A stretch of DNA of 64,000 nucleotides, from NCBI GenBank assembly GCA_021815205.1, contig JAKAHD010000003.1, positions 27,239 to 91,238 on the forward strand, read 5' to 3'. A program made the position numbers and the translations under genes. This document shows, one piece after another, positions 49,741 to 59,946 of the stretch. The notes beneath the pieces were generated by a model. That model searched no databases, was not told the DNA's origin, and saw nothing but the letters and a program-made list of their open reading frames with translations. This DNA is from a bacterium. Lineage in GTDB: Bacteria > Patescibacteriota > Minisyncoccia > UBA6257 > GWB1-50-10. Position 1 is the stretch's first letter. Each line of letters begins with the position of its first letter.

Positions 49741-50334
49741 ATGCGTGCATCGTGGAAAAGAATAGGCGTCATCATCACTGCGCTCCTTCTTCTCGCGGGG
49801 GGGATAGTGTATTTCGCCGTTCATACATGGGAGTCGCCGGTTCCCGTTGATTTTACGACGGCACGCAACCACGCGGCGACCGTGAGTCAGAGTATCGTAA
49901 CGCTTACGGAAGATACCAACAAAACGATTCAAGACATTCACACCGCCCAAACCGCCGGAACGACGGACCAGGTGCTCAGCCTTATCGACAACGCGAGAGG
50001 CACGAATGCACAGGCGTATGAGAAGGCCCTCGAGCTCTCGAAGGATCTCCAACGGATGACCGAGTCGCTACACCAGATACAGCCGCGGGCGCGCCAGCAG
50101 ATCGCCTACGAAGCGATCGCGATCGAGCTTTCCCTGACAAGCGAGTTCATCACCTACACCGGCGCCCTGAATGACTTCCTGAACACGCTTGCAAAAACGG
50201 TCACGGCGGGAGGATTCGAAAATCAAAGAGCGCTTTCGGGTAAGCTCGCGACGGTGAATGGGAAGGTGGCGATCATCAACAATCTGAACCGCGAATTCAA
50301 CCAAAAGATGCAGAAATTCGACGCCTCCTTATAA
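49741..50334 (+). CDS. Hypothetical membrane-anchored helical protein
   Basis: N-terminal TM, coiled-coil-like body. Confidence 0.7.
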   Translation: MRASWKRIGVIITALLLLAGGIVYFAVHTWESPVPVDFTTARNHAATVSQSIVTLTEDTNKTIQDIHTAQTAGTTDQVLSLIDNARGTNAQAYEKALELSKDLQRMTESLHQIQPRARQQIAYEAIAIELSLTSEFITYTGALNDFLNTLAKTVTAGGFENQRALSGKLATVNGKVAIINNLNREFNQKMQKFDASL

Positions 50335-50375
50335 CAACCTCACCTCCTATATAATAGAATCTTAAAAATGAGCAC

Positions 50376-50460
50376 ACGCACAGTTTATATGGCAAAAAAG
50401 TGGGTAGGACTTGGGCTAGCGCCCCGGAGCGCACACTTTTTTGCCATATAAACTGTGCGT
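50376..50460. repeat. Long hairpin carrying conserved 31-nt loop (copy 2)
   Basis: Perfect 27-bp stem 50376-50402/50434-50460. Confidence 0.85.
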
Positions 50461-50468
50461 CAACTAAT

Positions 50469-50834
50469 ATGAGACTCATCGGAAAACTATTATTTCACAT
50501 CTTCTCGAACGCGATGGCGCTCCTCATCGCCGCCCAGTTCGTGCAAGGATTCTCGGTGAGCATGGACGTGATCTCGCTCTTCATCGCCGCAGTGATTCTC
50601 ACGGCAATCAACCTGCTCATCCGCCCGATCGTGAAACTCATCCTCGGCCCCCTTATCTTCCTCACATTCGGACTCATTATTATCGCAATTAACGCACTTT
50701 CCCTCTTTATTCTTGACACGGTAAGTTCCTCGATTACAATTCAAGGGATACTTCCCCTTCTTCTTGCGACCCTCATTGTAGGAGCGGTAAATATCATAGT
50801 GGGCGCCGCCGCAAAAGCGGCGTACAAAAACTAA
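50469..50834 (+). CDS. YvlD-like 4-TM membrane protein (phage holin 4 family)
   Basis: INLLIRPIVKLI..PL..LTFGL....INA. Confidence 0.8.
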   Translation: MRLIGKLLFHIFSNAMALLIAAQFVQGFSVSMDVISLFIAAVILTAINLLIRPIVKLILGPLIFLTFGLIIIAINALSLFILDTVSSSITIQGILPLLLATLIVGAVNIIVGAAAKAAYKN

Positions 50835-50904
50835 ACCCACAAAACCAATCCCGCGCGTTTCCGCGTATCATCCGCGTAAATCCGCGGTTTTGTAAAACAA
50901 AACA

Positions 50905-51114
50905 ATGTTATTCATCGGACAAATCGTCGTCTCCTTTATACTCATCGTGCTCATCCTGCTTCAAGAGCGAACAAGCGGGCTCTCGGGGGTCTTCGGAGGC
51001 GCGGGTGCCACGCCGTACCAAACGCGGCGCGGCCTTGAAAAAACAATCTACTGGGGCACAATCATCGCCGCCGCTATTTTCGCGGTACTCGCCGTACTGA
51101 ATCTGGTCGCGTAA
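50905..51114 (+). CDS. secG: Preprotein translocase subunit SecG
   Basis: LILLQ..GLSGVFGG...TRRGLEK. Confidence 0.92.
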   Translation: MLFIGQIVVSFILIVLILLQERTSGLSGVFGGAGATPYQTRRGLEKTIYWGTIIAAAIFAVLAVLNLVA

Positions 51115-51150
51115 ACGCGCCGATTTTGGGACGCGGGTCCGCGCCGCATA

Positions 51151-52767
51151 ATGGCTTTCCTTAAGAAAATATTCTTAAATCTTTCCGCGCAGGAACGGAA
51201 GTTCTTTTTTGTTTCACTTGCGCTATTCGTCATAGCGCTCGCGACCGAAACCGCATTCGCGATACACGATCACAGTGTCTTCGTACCCATCCGAGGCGGC
51301 AGTTACCACGAGGGGTTTGTGGGGCAGCCCATCGCCTTGAACCCGATCGTCTCGAACAATCCGATTGATCAGGAAATGAGCGCCCTTCTCTTCACCCGTC
51401 TCGGCAACCTTCTCTCGGGCTACGACGTAAGCCGTGACGGGAAGAGCTACACCTTGAATCTCAAGGAAAATCTCTTGTGGAGCGATGGACAGCCGCTTAC
51501 GTCTGATGACGTCGTGTTTACCATACACACTATCCAAAACCCCATGAGCAACTCGCCGCTCGCGAAAAATTGGCAGGGAGTTGCCGTTGCACGCGTGAGC
51601 CAGCTCCAGACGAAACTCACGCTTCCCTCCTCGTATGCGTTCTTTCCGGATAATTTCTTGAACCTGCCGGTCATCCCGCAGCACAGCTACGGAAGCATTC
51701 CCGTCGAAAACTTCCGCCTCTCTTCCTACAACCTCGAGCCGGTGGGAAACGGCCCCTACGTCTTCAAAAGTTTTTCGAAACGAAAAGACGGATTCATCAC
51801 CACCTACCATCTTGTTATGAACAAAAACTATGCGGGAGCAAAGCCCTATATCACCGATTTTTACTTCGACTTCTTCCAGAGCACCAAAGATCTTCTCGCG
51901 GCGCTCACGACGCATGACGTAAACGCCTATGGCACGGCGGCGCCCCTTCCTTTCGACGCATCCCAAATGAAAGGGCTCGTCGTGGAACGGATCCCGACGC
52001 CGAACTACTACGCCGTCTTCTTCAATGAAACCAGCAACCCATTCCTGAAGGATAAGTCCCTCCGCGAAGCGCTCATAGAGGCGGTAGATCAGCAGGCGAT
52101 CGTACAAGACGCCCTAGGAGGAAATGCAACTCCCGTGTACGGGCCGCACCTCACGTTCCAGAACGGAACAATCGCACCCGGCAACCCCACCTCGAACCCG
52201 ACGGACGCCGCATCGCGCATCGCCGCGTTTAAGGCGGCGCACCAACGGGAGACGATCGCGCTCACGCTTTCGGTCCCCGACGCGCCTTTCCTGAAAAAAG
52301 TCGCGGACGACATCACGCGGGCGTGGACCAATGCCGGAATCGACAGCGTAAACATTCAGACGTTCAATCCGAACGACCTCTCGGATACTACCGTATCCGC
52401 GAGGAGCTACGATGCGCTCCTCTTCGGAAACGTATTCCAAAATCAGGACGATCTCTTCCCGTTCTGGCACTCTTCCCAACGCGCGTACCCGGGGTACAAT
52501 CTCGCGCTCTACGCGAATCAAAACGTTGATACCGCGATCGAAACGGCGCGTGAGACGCAGAACGATACAACGCGCGCCGCCGCCATCAAAGAAGCGACCT
52601 CGCGCATCACGAACGACGCGCCCGCGCTCTTCCTCTTCTCGCTCCCGTATACGTACGTGCACACGCCCTCGCTTCACGGATTTTCCACTAAGCCGATCAC
52701 GGTTCCCGCCGGCCGTTTTGCAAACGCCGACCAATGGTACACCGCGCAGGTGCGGGTAATCCGATAA
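51151..52767 (+). CDS. Peptide ABC transporter substrate-binding protein (family 5)
   Basis: WSDGQPLTSDDVVFT, PVGNGPY, PFWHSSQ. Confidence 0.88.
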   Translation: MAFLKKIFLNLSAQERKFFFVSLALFVIALATETAFAIHDHSVFVPIRGGSYHEGFVGQPIALNPIVSNNPIDQEMSALLFTRLGNLLSGYDVSRDGKSYTLNLKENLLWSDGQPLTSDDVVFTIHTIQNPMSNSPLAKNWQGVAVARVSQLQTKLTLPSSYAFFPDNFLNLPVIPQHSYGSIPVENFRLSSYNLEPVGNGPYVFKSFSKRKDGFITTYHLVMNKNYAGAKPYITDFYFDFFQSTKDLLAALTTHDVNAYGTAAPLPFDASQMKGLVVERIPTPNYYAVFFNETSNPFLKDKSLREALIEAVDQQAIVQDALGGNATPVYGPHLTFQNGTIAPGNPTSNPTDAASRIAAFKAAHQRETIALTLSVPDAPFLKKVADDITRAWTNAGIDSVNIQTFNPNDLSDTTVSARSYDALLFGNVFQNQDDLFPFWHSSQRAYPGYNLALYANQNVDTAIETARETQNDTTRAAAIKEATSRITNDAPALFLFSLPYTYVHTPSLHGFSTKPITVPAGRFANADQWYTAQVRVIR

Positions 52768-52769
52768 TC

Positions 52770-53774
52770 ATGAACTCTTACGAGAAGAACATCCTCGCGT
52801 TCTCGAACCAGCTTGAAGGAAGAGGGCTCTCCGGGCACGGCATCGAAGCGCTCCGGGGATTTGTTCCCGACGGTATCGTGGTGTGCGGCATGGGCGGATC
52901 CGGAACTATCGGCACCTTCCTTGAACACATGGCGCGCTCGATCGGAATACGCATACCGATCTTGACCGTGAAGGATATCGCGCTCCCTAAGGTCCCCTTC
53001 GCGCATCCACTCTTCATATGCATCTCATTCTCCGGCAACACCAAGGAGACGATCGGCGTGGCACGGGCGGCCTTGAAGGTGCGCGGCGCAAAAGTCGCGC
53101 TCGTCACGACGGGGGGCGCGTTGCTTCGCCTCGCGCTCGCAAAAAAACTGCCCCACGTCACCTTCGATCCTGGGGGCTTGACACCGAGGGGCGCTTCTGG
53201 TTATATGTATTATGCCACGCTTGAGATTATAAAAAAGGTGCTCCCCATGCGAGTACCGAAGATCTCAAAGCTAATCTCTCCTTCGCGTATTCGGACACAA
53301 GGAAAAGAACTTGCGAGAAAGTTCGCGGGAACGAACGTCTTGGTCTACAGTTCTTTCCGAAATGCGCACATCGGGTATATTTGGAAAACGAATCTGAATG
53401 AAACGGGGAAGGTGCCCGCTTTCGCGAATACCTACCCCGAGATCTACCACAACGAGATTGTGGGGTTTGAAAAAACAAGAGTCGGATGGAGCGCGCTATG
53501 GCTCATAGAGCGACACATCGCACCGCACGAGGCGCGGCGTCTCAAGAGCGTGCGGGAACTGCTTACGTCACGCGGAATACGGCACATCGTCGTGCCACTC
53601 AAAGGAAAGAACCCGCTCGAGGAGCTGTGGTATGCGGTCATTCTTTCGCATTGGGCAAGCATGTATCTCGCGGAGATGCGGCATATCGACCCCACGGCGA
53701 CACGCGCGATCGATACATTAAAAAATAAATCATCCTCCGAAGGAGGATCCGCCTCCGGAGGAAAAAAAGAATAG
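52770..53774 (+). CDS. Bifunctional phosphoglucose/phosphomannose isomerase-like SIS protein
   Basis: GMGGSG, SFSGNTKET, NETGK, PEIYHNEI; tail SSEGGSASGG encoded by a palindrome. Confidence 0.85.
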   Translation: MNSYEKNILAFSNQLEGRGLSGHGIEALRGFVPDGIVVCGMGGSGTIGTFLEHMARSIGIRIPILTVKDIALPKVPFAHPLFICISFSGNTKETIGVARAALKVRGAKVALVTTGGALLRLALAKKLPHVTFDPGGLTPRGASGYMYYATLEIIKKVLPMRVPKISKLISPSRIRTQGKELARKFAGTNVLVYSSFRNAHIGYIWKTNLNETGKVPAFANTYPEIYHNEIVGFEKTRVGWSALWLIERHIAPHEARRLKSVRELLTSRGIRHIVVPLKGKNPLEELWYAVILSHWASMYLAEMRHIDPTATRAIDTLKNKSSSEGGSASGGKKE

Positions 53775-53776
53775 TT

Positions 53777-53829
53777 GCGGAGATGGCGAAATTGGCAGGC
53801 CTGCCTGCGGCAGGCGGGCACGCAGGGTT
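53777..53829 (+). pseudogene. 5' half of a tRNA-Leu with inserted palindrome
   Basis: GCGGAGATGGCGAAATTGGCAGG[CCTGCCTGCGGCAGGCGGG]CACGCAGGGTT. Confidence 0.65.
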
Positions 53830-53853
53830 ACCCCGTACTTTCCAAAAGCATAA

Positions 53854-53935
53854 GGGGATGTGGCGAAATTGGCAGACGCGCACGCTTCAGGGGCGTGTGA
53901 GGCAACTCATGTGGGTTCAAGTCCCACCATCCCCA
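53854..53935 (+). tRNA. tRNA-Leu(CAG)
   Basis: GGGGATG/CATCCCC-A, CACGC-TTCAGGG-GCGTG, long variable arm. Confidence 0.95.
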
Positions 53936-54152
53936 CAAAAAAGGAATTTTTAATTTACAATTTCTAATTTTTAATCAATTTTTAAGACAAAAATGTTTTA
54001 ATTTTTAAAATTAGAACATTCGCTCATTGATTAAAAATTTCAAATTAAAAATTCAAAAATTCTTCAATGAAGTAATCGGTTTTTCGCGTTTTCCTGAATT
54101 CAATCAGCAGTGAAGAAAATTCTAGAGACTTGCGCGAAGAGCTAAATAACGT

Positions 54153-55952
54153 ATGCCTCACACGGCACCACGGAGCAGAAAAAAGGCCGGAGAAAGAAGG
54201 TCCTCGTACGGGCCGCCTTCCGCGTACGCCGGACCCGCACGCGAAAGAGCGCACGCCGCCCCCAAAGAACGGGAAGAAAAAGAGAACGAACGCGATCACG
54301 TGAATTTGGTTGCGCTGGGCGGGCTCGAGGAAATCGGCCGCAATATGTCCTACATCGAGTACAAGGATGAGATTGTCATCGTTGATATGGGGATCCAGTT
54401 TCCCGAAGAGACGACGCCGGGAATCGACTTTATCATCCCGAACGTCTCCTCGCTCGAGCCGAAGAAATCGCGTATCAAGGCGCTTGTTTTGACGCACGCG
54501 CATTTCGATCATATCGGCGCGCTCCCGTATCTCATGGAGAAGATCGGAAATCCTCCCGTCTACACGATGGAACTCACGAAAGCCATGATCCAAAAACGGC
54601 AGGAGGAATTCACGAATGCCCCGAAATTGCACGTCGAAACGGTGAAGTACCGGGATAAAAAGAAAATCGGCCAGTATCTCGAGCTTGAATTTTTCGGCGT
54701 GGATCATACGGTGCCCGAGACGACGGGCGTCGTCATAAAAACGCCGGTCGGGAACATCGTGCACTTTGCCGATTTCCGGATCGAGTATAACGAGAAGGGA
54801 GAGGCGCAAAACATCAGCGAGTTCAAACGCATCGGCGAATTGGGCATTCACACGTTCATGATCGACAGCACGAACGCGGATATAGAAGGACGCTCACTCT
54901 CCGAAAAAAACATCGAAAAAAACCTTGAGGAAATATTCACGCGGGCCCAAGGGCGCATTATTCTCACGACATTTTCCTCGATGCTCACCCGCATCGCGGA
55001 GATTATCAAGATCGCCGAACGCCTCGGAAAAAAGGTGGCGATTAACGGCCGTTCGATGAAAGAGGGTGTGCAGATCGCGCAATCCTTGGGCTACATCAAG
55101 GCGAAGAAAGATACGTTGATCCCCGTCGAGGATGTCCACAAATATGCGGATAATAAGATATTAGTCCTCACGACCGGCTCGCAGGGGCAGGAAAACGCCG
55201 GCCTCATGAGAATCATCATGGGCGAGCATCGTCATATACGCATAAAGGCGGGCGATATGGTGCTTTTCTCCTCTTCCGCGATTCCGGGAAATGAGCGGAG
55301 TATCCAGAACCTCAAGGATAATCTCTGCCGCCAAGGCGCAATCGTGATCACTTCATCGATCATTGATATCCACGTAAGCGGACACGCTCCCAAGGATGAT
55401 CTTGAGGCGGTCATCAAGCTCATCAAGCCGAAATTTCTTATGCCTGTGCACGGCCATTACTTTAAACGAATGGCAAATGGACAGAATGGCGTTGCGGCGG
55501 GCATGAAACCGGATCAGATACGGCTTTTGGATAACGGTCAGATCGCGCATCTTACGAAGGACGAGTTTGTTGTCACAAAAGAGTTCGTCCCCGCGAATTA
55601 CGTCATGGTGGACGGCCTTGGCGTGGGAGATGTGGGGGAGATTGTGCTCCGCGATCGGCGCATGCTCGCGCAGGAAGGAATGTTCGTCATTATCACGACC
55701 CTCGACAAAAAGACGGGGCGGGTTTTGAAGAATCCGGATATTATCTCGCGCGGCTTCATCTATCTCAAGGAAAACCAGATACTCCTGGATGAAATCAGAA
55801 AAAGGGTGCGCGGCATCATCGGCCGCATCCCCCGCTATCAACCTCCGGATCCCGACTATGTGAAATCGTTGATCCGCGACCAGATCGGGCAATTCTTGTA
55901 CAACAAAACGAAAAGACGCCCTATGGTATTGCCCGTTTTAATCGAAATCTAG
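54153..55952 (+). CDS. rnj: Ribonuclease J
   Basis: LGGLEEIGRNM, THAHFDHIG, HVSGHA, RRPMVLP. Confidence 0.95.
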   Translation: MPHTAPRSRKKAGERRSSYGPPSAYAGPARERAHAAPKEREEKENERDHVNLVALGGLEEIGRNMSYIEYKDEIVIVDMGIQFPEETTPGIDFIIPNVSSLEPKKSRIKALVLTHAHFDHIGALPYLMEKIGNPPVYTMELTKAMIQKRQEEFTNAPKLHVETVKYRDKKKIGQYLELEFFGVDHTVPETTGVVIKTPVGNIVHFADFRIEYNEKGEAQNISEFKRIGELGIHTFMIDSTNADIEGRSLSEKNIEKNLEEIFTRAQGRIILTTFSSMLTRIAEIIKIAERLGKKVAINGRSMKEGVQIAQSLGYIKAKKDTLIPVEDVHKYADNKILVLTTGSQGQENAGLMRIIMGEHRHIRIKAGDMVLFSSSAIPGNERSIQNLKDNLCRQGAIVITSSIIDIHVSGHAPKDDLEAVIKLIKPKFLMPVHGHYFKRMANGQNGVAAGMKPDQIRLLDNGQIAHLTKDEFVVTKEFVPANYVMVDGLGVGDVGEIVLRDRRMLAQEGMFVIITTLDKKTGRVLKNPDIISRGFIYLKENQILLDEIRKRVRGIIGRIPRYQPPDPDYVKSLIRDQIGQFLYNKTKRRPMVLPVLIEI

Positions 55953-56046
55953 ACGCAGGAAATATACACGAATTGCTCACAAATTTCACGAACGACTTGG
56001 GTTTGCGTTGTTCGTGGAGCCATCCCCCACATTATTATGTGGGGGA

Positions 56047-56075
56047 TTGACTTATGAGTAAACAAGTGCTATTAT
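56047..56075 (+). promoter_or_regulatory. sigma70-type promoter
   Basis: TTGACT-17 nt-(TGC)TATTAT; AAAGGAGG SD at 56114-56121. Confidence 0.65.
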
Positions 56076-56127
56076 ACCGTCAGCAAAATTAACAATTCTA
56101 TAATCAATAAATTAAAGGAGGTTGTTC

Positions 56128-57327
56128 ATGGAACAACAAGAAACTAGTATCACAACGGAAACTTTCACGCCGAATCCGAACATTAAATTGGTTCTGAATG
56201 GCGGGAAAACTACGCTTGACAGCGCAACTGTGCCGGTCGAGTGGCATTTTTCGGATGAACTCATCGCAAAAAAGCCGCGCTACATTGTGATCTGCGATCA
56301 CGAAATGCCGATTGAGAAGCTGAAAGATAAGATCTCCTACTGTGGAGGTTATCGAACTGCATTCTCAGTGAGAGATCTCGCAGGTTACATACAAATCCAC
56401 AAACCGGGAAGTCACCATTTTATTGCAATCGTTTTCTACGATTATAATGACGGTAAGGGGTTATCTGGATTGTCACGCGCAAGACAATGGATTTCCGGGA
56501 AGAACGGACAATATGATTACGGCATCTTCTACGATTGTCTCAAGGACGACTCCATGGCTACATGGAACGCGGAAGTGACTGCGGTCGAATTCGAAGTTCC
56601 GAAGGAACTCTTCGCCGAAAAATCGGAGACATGGTTTGGCACATTAACATGGAAATGGGTAAATCGGTGGTTCTCTCATGCGCCCGTCGATCAATGCGAA
56701 TACCGGAAAAGAAAGGTTTTCGCATTCACCGCGCAGCCTTTCCTGCTGTTCATTGGTCGTTTGATCGCGGGAATATTCTGTACCTTTTATTCATTGGTCG
56801 GGGCTTTGTGTCTACTTTTCATCGGCTTTCAACCGAGTAATATCTTCAAAAATCTTCTACACTCTTGGTGGAACTTGAATTTGTTCGACTTAGACCTTCG
56901 AAACACCAATGAGTGGGGCTATAAGAACGACTGGAGGAAATGGACGAGAAAGGACCGCTCGCGAAGAAAAATCCCCCTATTTGCCGTGCCAGCACTAGAT
57001 GTAGTCGCACTTGGAGCGATGGCGGGACTTATTTTTCTTGTTGTACATCATACCATGATGTTCCTTTTCTTATCTCTTATTGCAATCTACGCCTCCGTAG
57101 TTGCAAAAATATACAGCAATGTAGTAAAATCGCGTGAAAAGAAAGAAGAGGTAAAGAAGGAGATTATGGACTTCCACCTTGAATACTTAAAAAAGAATGC
57201 TGGCATGAGTTCGGTGCCGGCAAGCGTGGACATAAGGAGCATCATCCCGAAAGTGGATAATAGAACAAAATTGCATTTAAGCTTTTGGGCTATGAAAGCG
57301 AAAGTGTGCAAACCTTTCGCAAATTGA
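56128..57327 (+). CDS. Hypothetical membrane protein
   Basis: Long ORF with own promoter, SD and downstream hairpin; 3-4 TM segments. Confidence 0.7.
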   Translation: MEQQETSITTETFTPNPNIKLVLNGGKTTLDSATVPVEWHFSDELIAKKPRYIVICDHEMPIEKLKDKISYCGGYRTAFSVRDLAGYIQIHKPGSHHFIAIVFYDYNDGKGLSGLSRARQWISGKNGQYDYGIFYDCLKDDSMATWNAEVTAVEFEVPKELFAEKSETWFGTLTWKWVNRWFSHAPVDQCEYRKRKVFAFTAQPFLLFIGRLIAGIFCTFYSLVGALCLLFIGFQPSNIFKNLLHSWWNLNLFDLDLRNTNEWGYKNDWRKWTRKDRSRRKIPLFAVPALDVVALGAMAGLIFLVVHHTMMFLFLSLIAIYASVVAKIYSNVVKSREKKEEVKKEIMDFHLEYLKKNAGMSSVPASVDIRSIIPKVDNRTKLHLSFWAMKAKVCKPFAN

Positions 57328-57433
57328 CGCGGGAGGAAATTTGGATCAATTTTAAGAGCCGATTTTTTCGGCTCTTCCATTTTGATAAACCCGTTAAACC
57401 CTATATACTATAAATGAATCCCTATATACGCGT

Positions 57434-57790
57434 ATGGTCACAAAACCCATCCTCGTCTCCGACACCATTACCGAAGAAAAGGTAAAAGAGCTTGCTCGAG
57501 AATGGTTCGATTCGATCATAAAAGGCGCCATTGATATCAGGAGGGAGATTATTGCGCTCGGAGGGGAGTACCATATCGATGCGCAGGACATACTAATTGA
57601 GAATGGTTCAAATCCGGAAGATACGTGGGGATTCAACATACTCCTCGACTCCGACAAGGTGCTCGCGGAACGGATTGAGTTCATATCCCTCATCAATATC
57701 CGTCCCGCAGAGGGAAATCGGGGCATGGAGATACAAGACGAGGAGATAAAAAAGAAAATAAGGACGATTATAGAGAAACGAATATCATGA
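57434..57790 (+). CDS. DUF5674-like protein
   Basis: IKGAIDI...IALGGEYHID..LIENGS...TWGFN, SLINIRP..NRGMEIQD. Confidence 0.75.
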   Translation: MVTKPILVSDTITEEKVKELAREWFDSIIKGAIDIRREIIALGGEYHIDAQDILIENGSNPEDTWGFNILLDSDKVLAERIEFISLINIRPAEGNRGMEIQDEEIKKKIRTIIEKRIS

Positions 57791-58083
57791 TGGGAGCGCG
57801 CACCACAACTTTTTATATGGCGAATCTTGGGAGCGAACTCCTGCGGATGCTTGCCGCACGAGAAAGGAATGATGAAAAAGCGTTCCGTGAATCGGCGAGA
57901 CGGTCGCTCGCGCTCGCCGACTCCGCGCTCGCGCGTGAACACGCAAGAGGACGGGAGGAAATACTCACGCTCAAAAAAATAATCAACGACTTCCTTGGGG
58001 GCGAGGCGCGGTATGCCATCACAAAAAAAGAGATAGAATCTTATTTCTTCCCCTTCGCAATAAAACAAATGGAAATGTCGTAA
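57787..58083 (+). CDS. Hypothetical small helical protein coupled to the DUF5674-like gene
   Basis: ATGA overlap; MANLGSE..R and YF.PFA patterns. Confidence 0.7.
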   Translation: MMGARTTTFYMANLGSELLRMLAARERNDEKAFRESARRSLALADSALAREHARGREEILTLKKIINDFLGGEARYAITKKEIESYFFPFAIKQMEMS

Positions 58084-58118
58084 GTGCCACCTGCCGATTA
58101 CTCATTGCTACAAATATC

Positions 58119-59111
58119 ATGAAACCAATATTAGTCTCCGGCATTCAGCCGACCGGAAAGTTGCATATCGGCAACTACCTCGGGGCATTGAAGAACTTTG
58201 TGGAGCTTCAGAATTCCGGGAAGTACCAGTGCTTCTTTTTCGTTGCGGATCTTCACTCCCTGACCAAAGAGTACGACCCGAAGGAAAAGCCGAAGCAGAT
58301 CGAGAACCTCATTCTCGACTTTTTTGCGGCGGGCATCGACCCTAAGAAATCGGTGACCTTTGTCCAGTCCGCAATTCCCGCTCACAGCGAGCTCGCATGG
58401 ATTTTGAATACCATCACCCCGTTCGGAGAACTGCTCCGCATGACCCAGTTCAAGGACAAGTCCGGCGCGGCGCCGCAAAACATCAACGCCGGCCTCTTCG
58501 ACTACCCCGTGCTTATGGCGGCGGATATCTTCCTCTATAACGCGCGGTTCGTGCCTGTGGGAGAAGATCAACTGCAGCACCTCGAGCTCGCCCGTACGCT
58601 CACACGAAAATTTAATTCGAAATTCGGCAAAATATTTATGGAACCCTTCCCCGTGATGACCGAGGTGCCGCGCCTCATGAGTATGGACGATCCGACGCAC
58701 AAGATGTCGAAGTCGCGGCCCGAAGGATGCCTCTTTTTAGACGATGAGCCCGACGTGATTCGAAAGAAGATTACGCGCGCCGTAACCGATTCCGAAACCG
58801 AGGTGCGAATGGACGTGGAACGAAAGCCCGCGATTTCGAACCTGATGCGCATCTACTCCGCGATGACCGGAAAGAACTTCATGGAGATTGAGGAATGTTT
58901 CAAAGGTAAGGGTTACGGCGAGTTCAAGAAAGCACTTGCGGAAGCGGCCGTGAAGGGCCTCGCGCCGTTCCAAAAGAAGAAAAAAGAACTTAAAAAACAC
59001 CGCGCCGCACTCCAAAAAATCATCACGGCGGGAAATAAAAAAGCGAGTGTAATCGCATCGAAAAAACTCCTTACCATCAAGAGAAAACTGGGGCTTTCCG
59101 CTTTTTCTTAG
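58119..59111 (+). CDS. trpS: Tryptophan--tRNA ligase
   Basis: SGIQPTG.LHIGNYLG, YPVLMAADI, VPVGEDQ, KMSKS. Confidence 0.97.
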   Translation: MKPILVSGIQPTGKLHIGNYLGALKNFVELQNSGKYQCFFFVADLHSLTKEYDPKEKPKQIENLILDFFAAGIDPKKSVTFVQSAIPAHSELAWILNTITPFGELLRMTQFKDKSGAAPQNINAGLFDYPVLMAADIFLYNARFVPVGEDQLQHLELARTLTRKFNSKFGKIFMEPFPVMTEVPRLMSMDDPTHKMSKSRPEGCLFLDDEPDVIRKKITRAVTDSETEVRMDVERKPAISNLMRIYSAMTGKNFMEIEECFKGKGYGEFKKALAEAAVKGLAPFQKKKKELKKHRAALQKIITAGNKKASVIASKKLLTIKRKLGLSAFS

Positions 59112-59114
59112 AGA

Positions 59115-59942
59115 TTAAATAAAAATGCGGAGGTTCGCTTGTATGTCTTCAAACACCCTATCGCGCATTCCACTGTCTGGAATGTGTTTTTCTTTCTCCC
59201 GAAGAATCTCTCTAAAAAGCTTCGCCGATTTCTCATACACAGCCGTAATGTTGTGTTTTTTCAACTTCGCGGCATACGCCCCGAACGTCTCAAGTTGCAT
59301 AATGATTTCCTCAAGTATTTGAAACTGGATCGGGTGTATGGCAAGTTTTTTATTTTCCCGTTCAAGCCACAATTCAGAGAGTTCTTTCACCGTAGCAACA
59401 TCAGCGCCAATTACTACCCTTGGAATCTGCCCTAATTCGCCGCGGATATTCATATGATCAGAGATAAAATATTTCACCGTGGCAAGTTTCCCTTGCACGA
59501 GCTCTTCTTTTATGCGATCAAATTTTTTCTGCGTGTCGGAACTAAATGTGGCGTCAATTGCGAGCGCGAGATATGAAGCGGATGATTCCGTTTCACGGAG
59601 CTCAGCGACGCTGTCTACTCCGTTCTTCACATCATCAAAACGCGATGTTTTTATGGTTGTCACATTGGGCCCAAGCCACTCATTCAACTCTGCCTGTTCA
59701 TGCAACACGCATTCGAAAATGGTGGCTAATTTTTCCGTATGTGCGCGTGATGGATCTTCCTGCACTCTGAATTTTCTTTCCATCTCTGCAACATATTTTT
59801 CATCTTGTACAATATTTTCTTCACCGTATAAATCCTTGAAATCGCCTAATGGTATGCGTTCGCGCGCGAGCGTTTTTTCTGCGGTAATATACGCTTGATC
59901 TATCGCTAAATTCTCGTAGATATCAGACTCAAAATTTTTCAT
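59115..59942 (-). CDS. Hypothetical protein, possible PD-(D/E)xK-like fold
   Basis: 275-aa ORF; DD..NGVD...LAIDAT pattern. Confidence 0.65.
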   Translation of the reverse strand: MKNFESDIYENLAIDQAYITAEKTLARERIPLGDFKDLYGEENIVQDEKYVAEMERKFRVQEDPSRAHTEKLATIFECVLHEQAELNEWLGPNVTTIKTSRFDDVKNGVDSVAELRETESSASYLALAIDATFSSDTQKKFDRIKEELVQGKLATVKYFISDHMNIRGELGQIPRVVIGADVATVKELSELWLERENKKLAIHPIQFQILEEIIMQLETFGAYAAKLKKHNITAVYEKSAKLFREILREKEKHIPDSGMRDRVFEDIQANLRIFI

Positions 59943-59946
59943 AGCG

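Noticed and set aside
50469-50834. Prophage suggested by holin-family gene
   Set aside because: YvlD-like proteins are commonly chromosomal; no phage genes nearby
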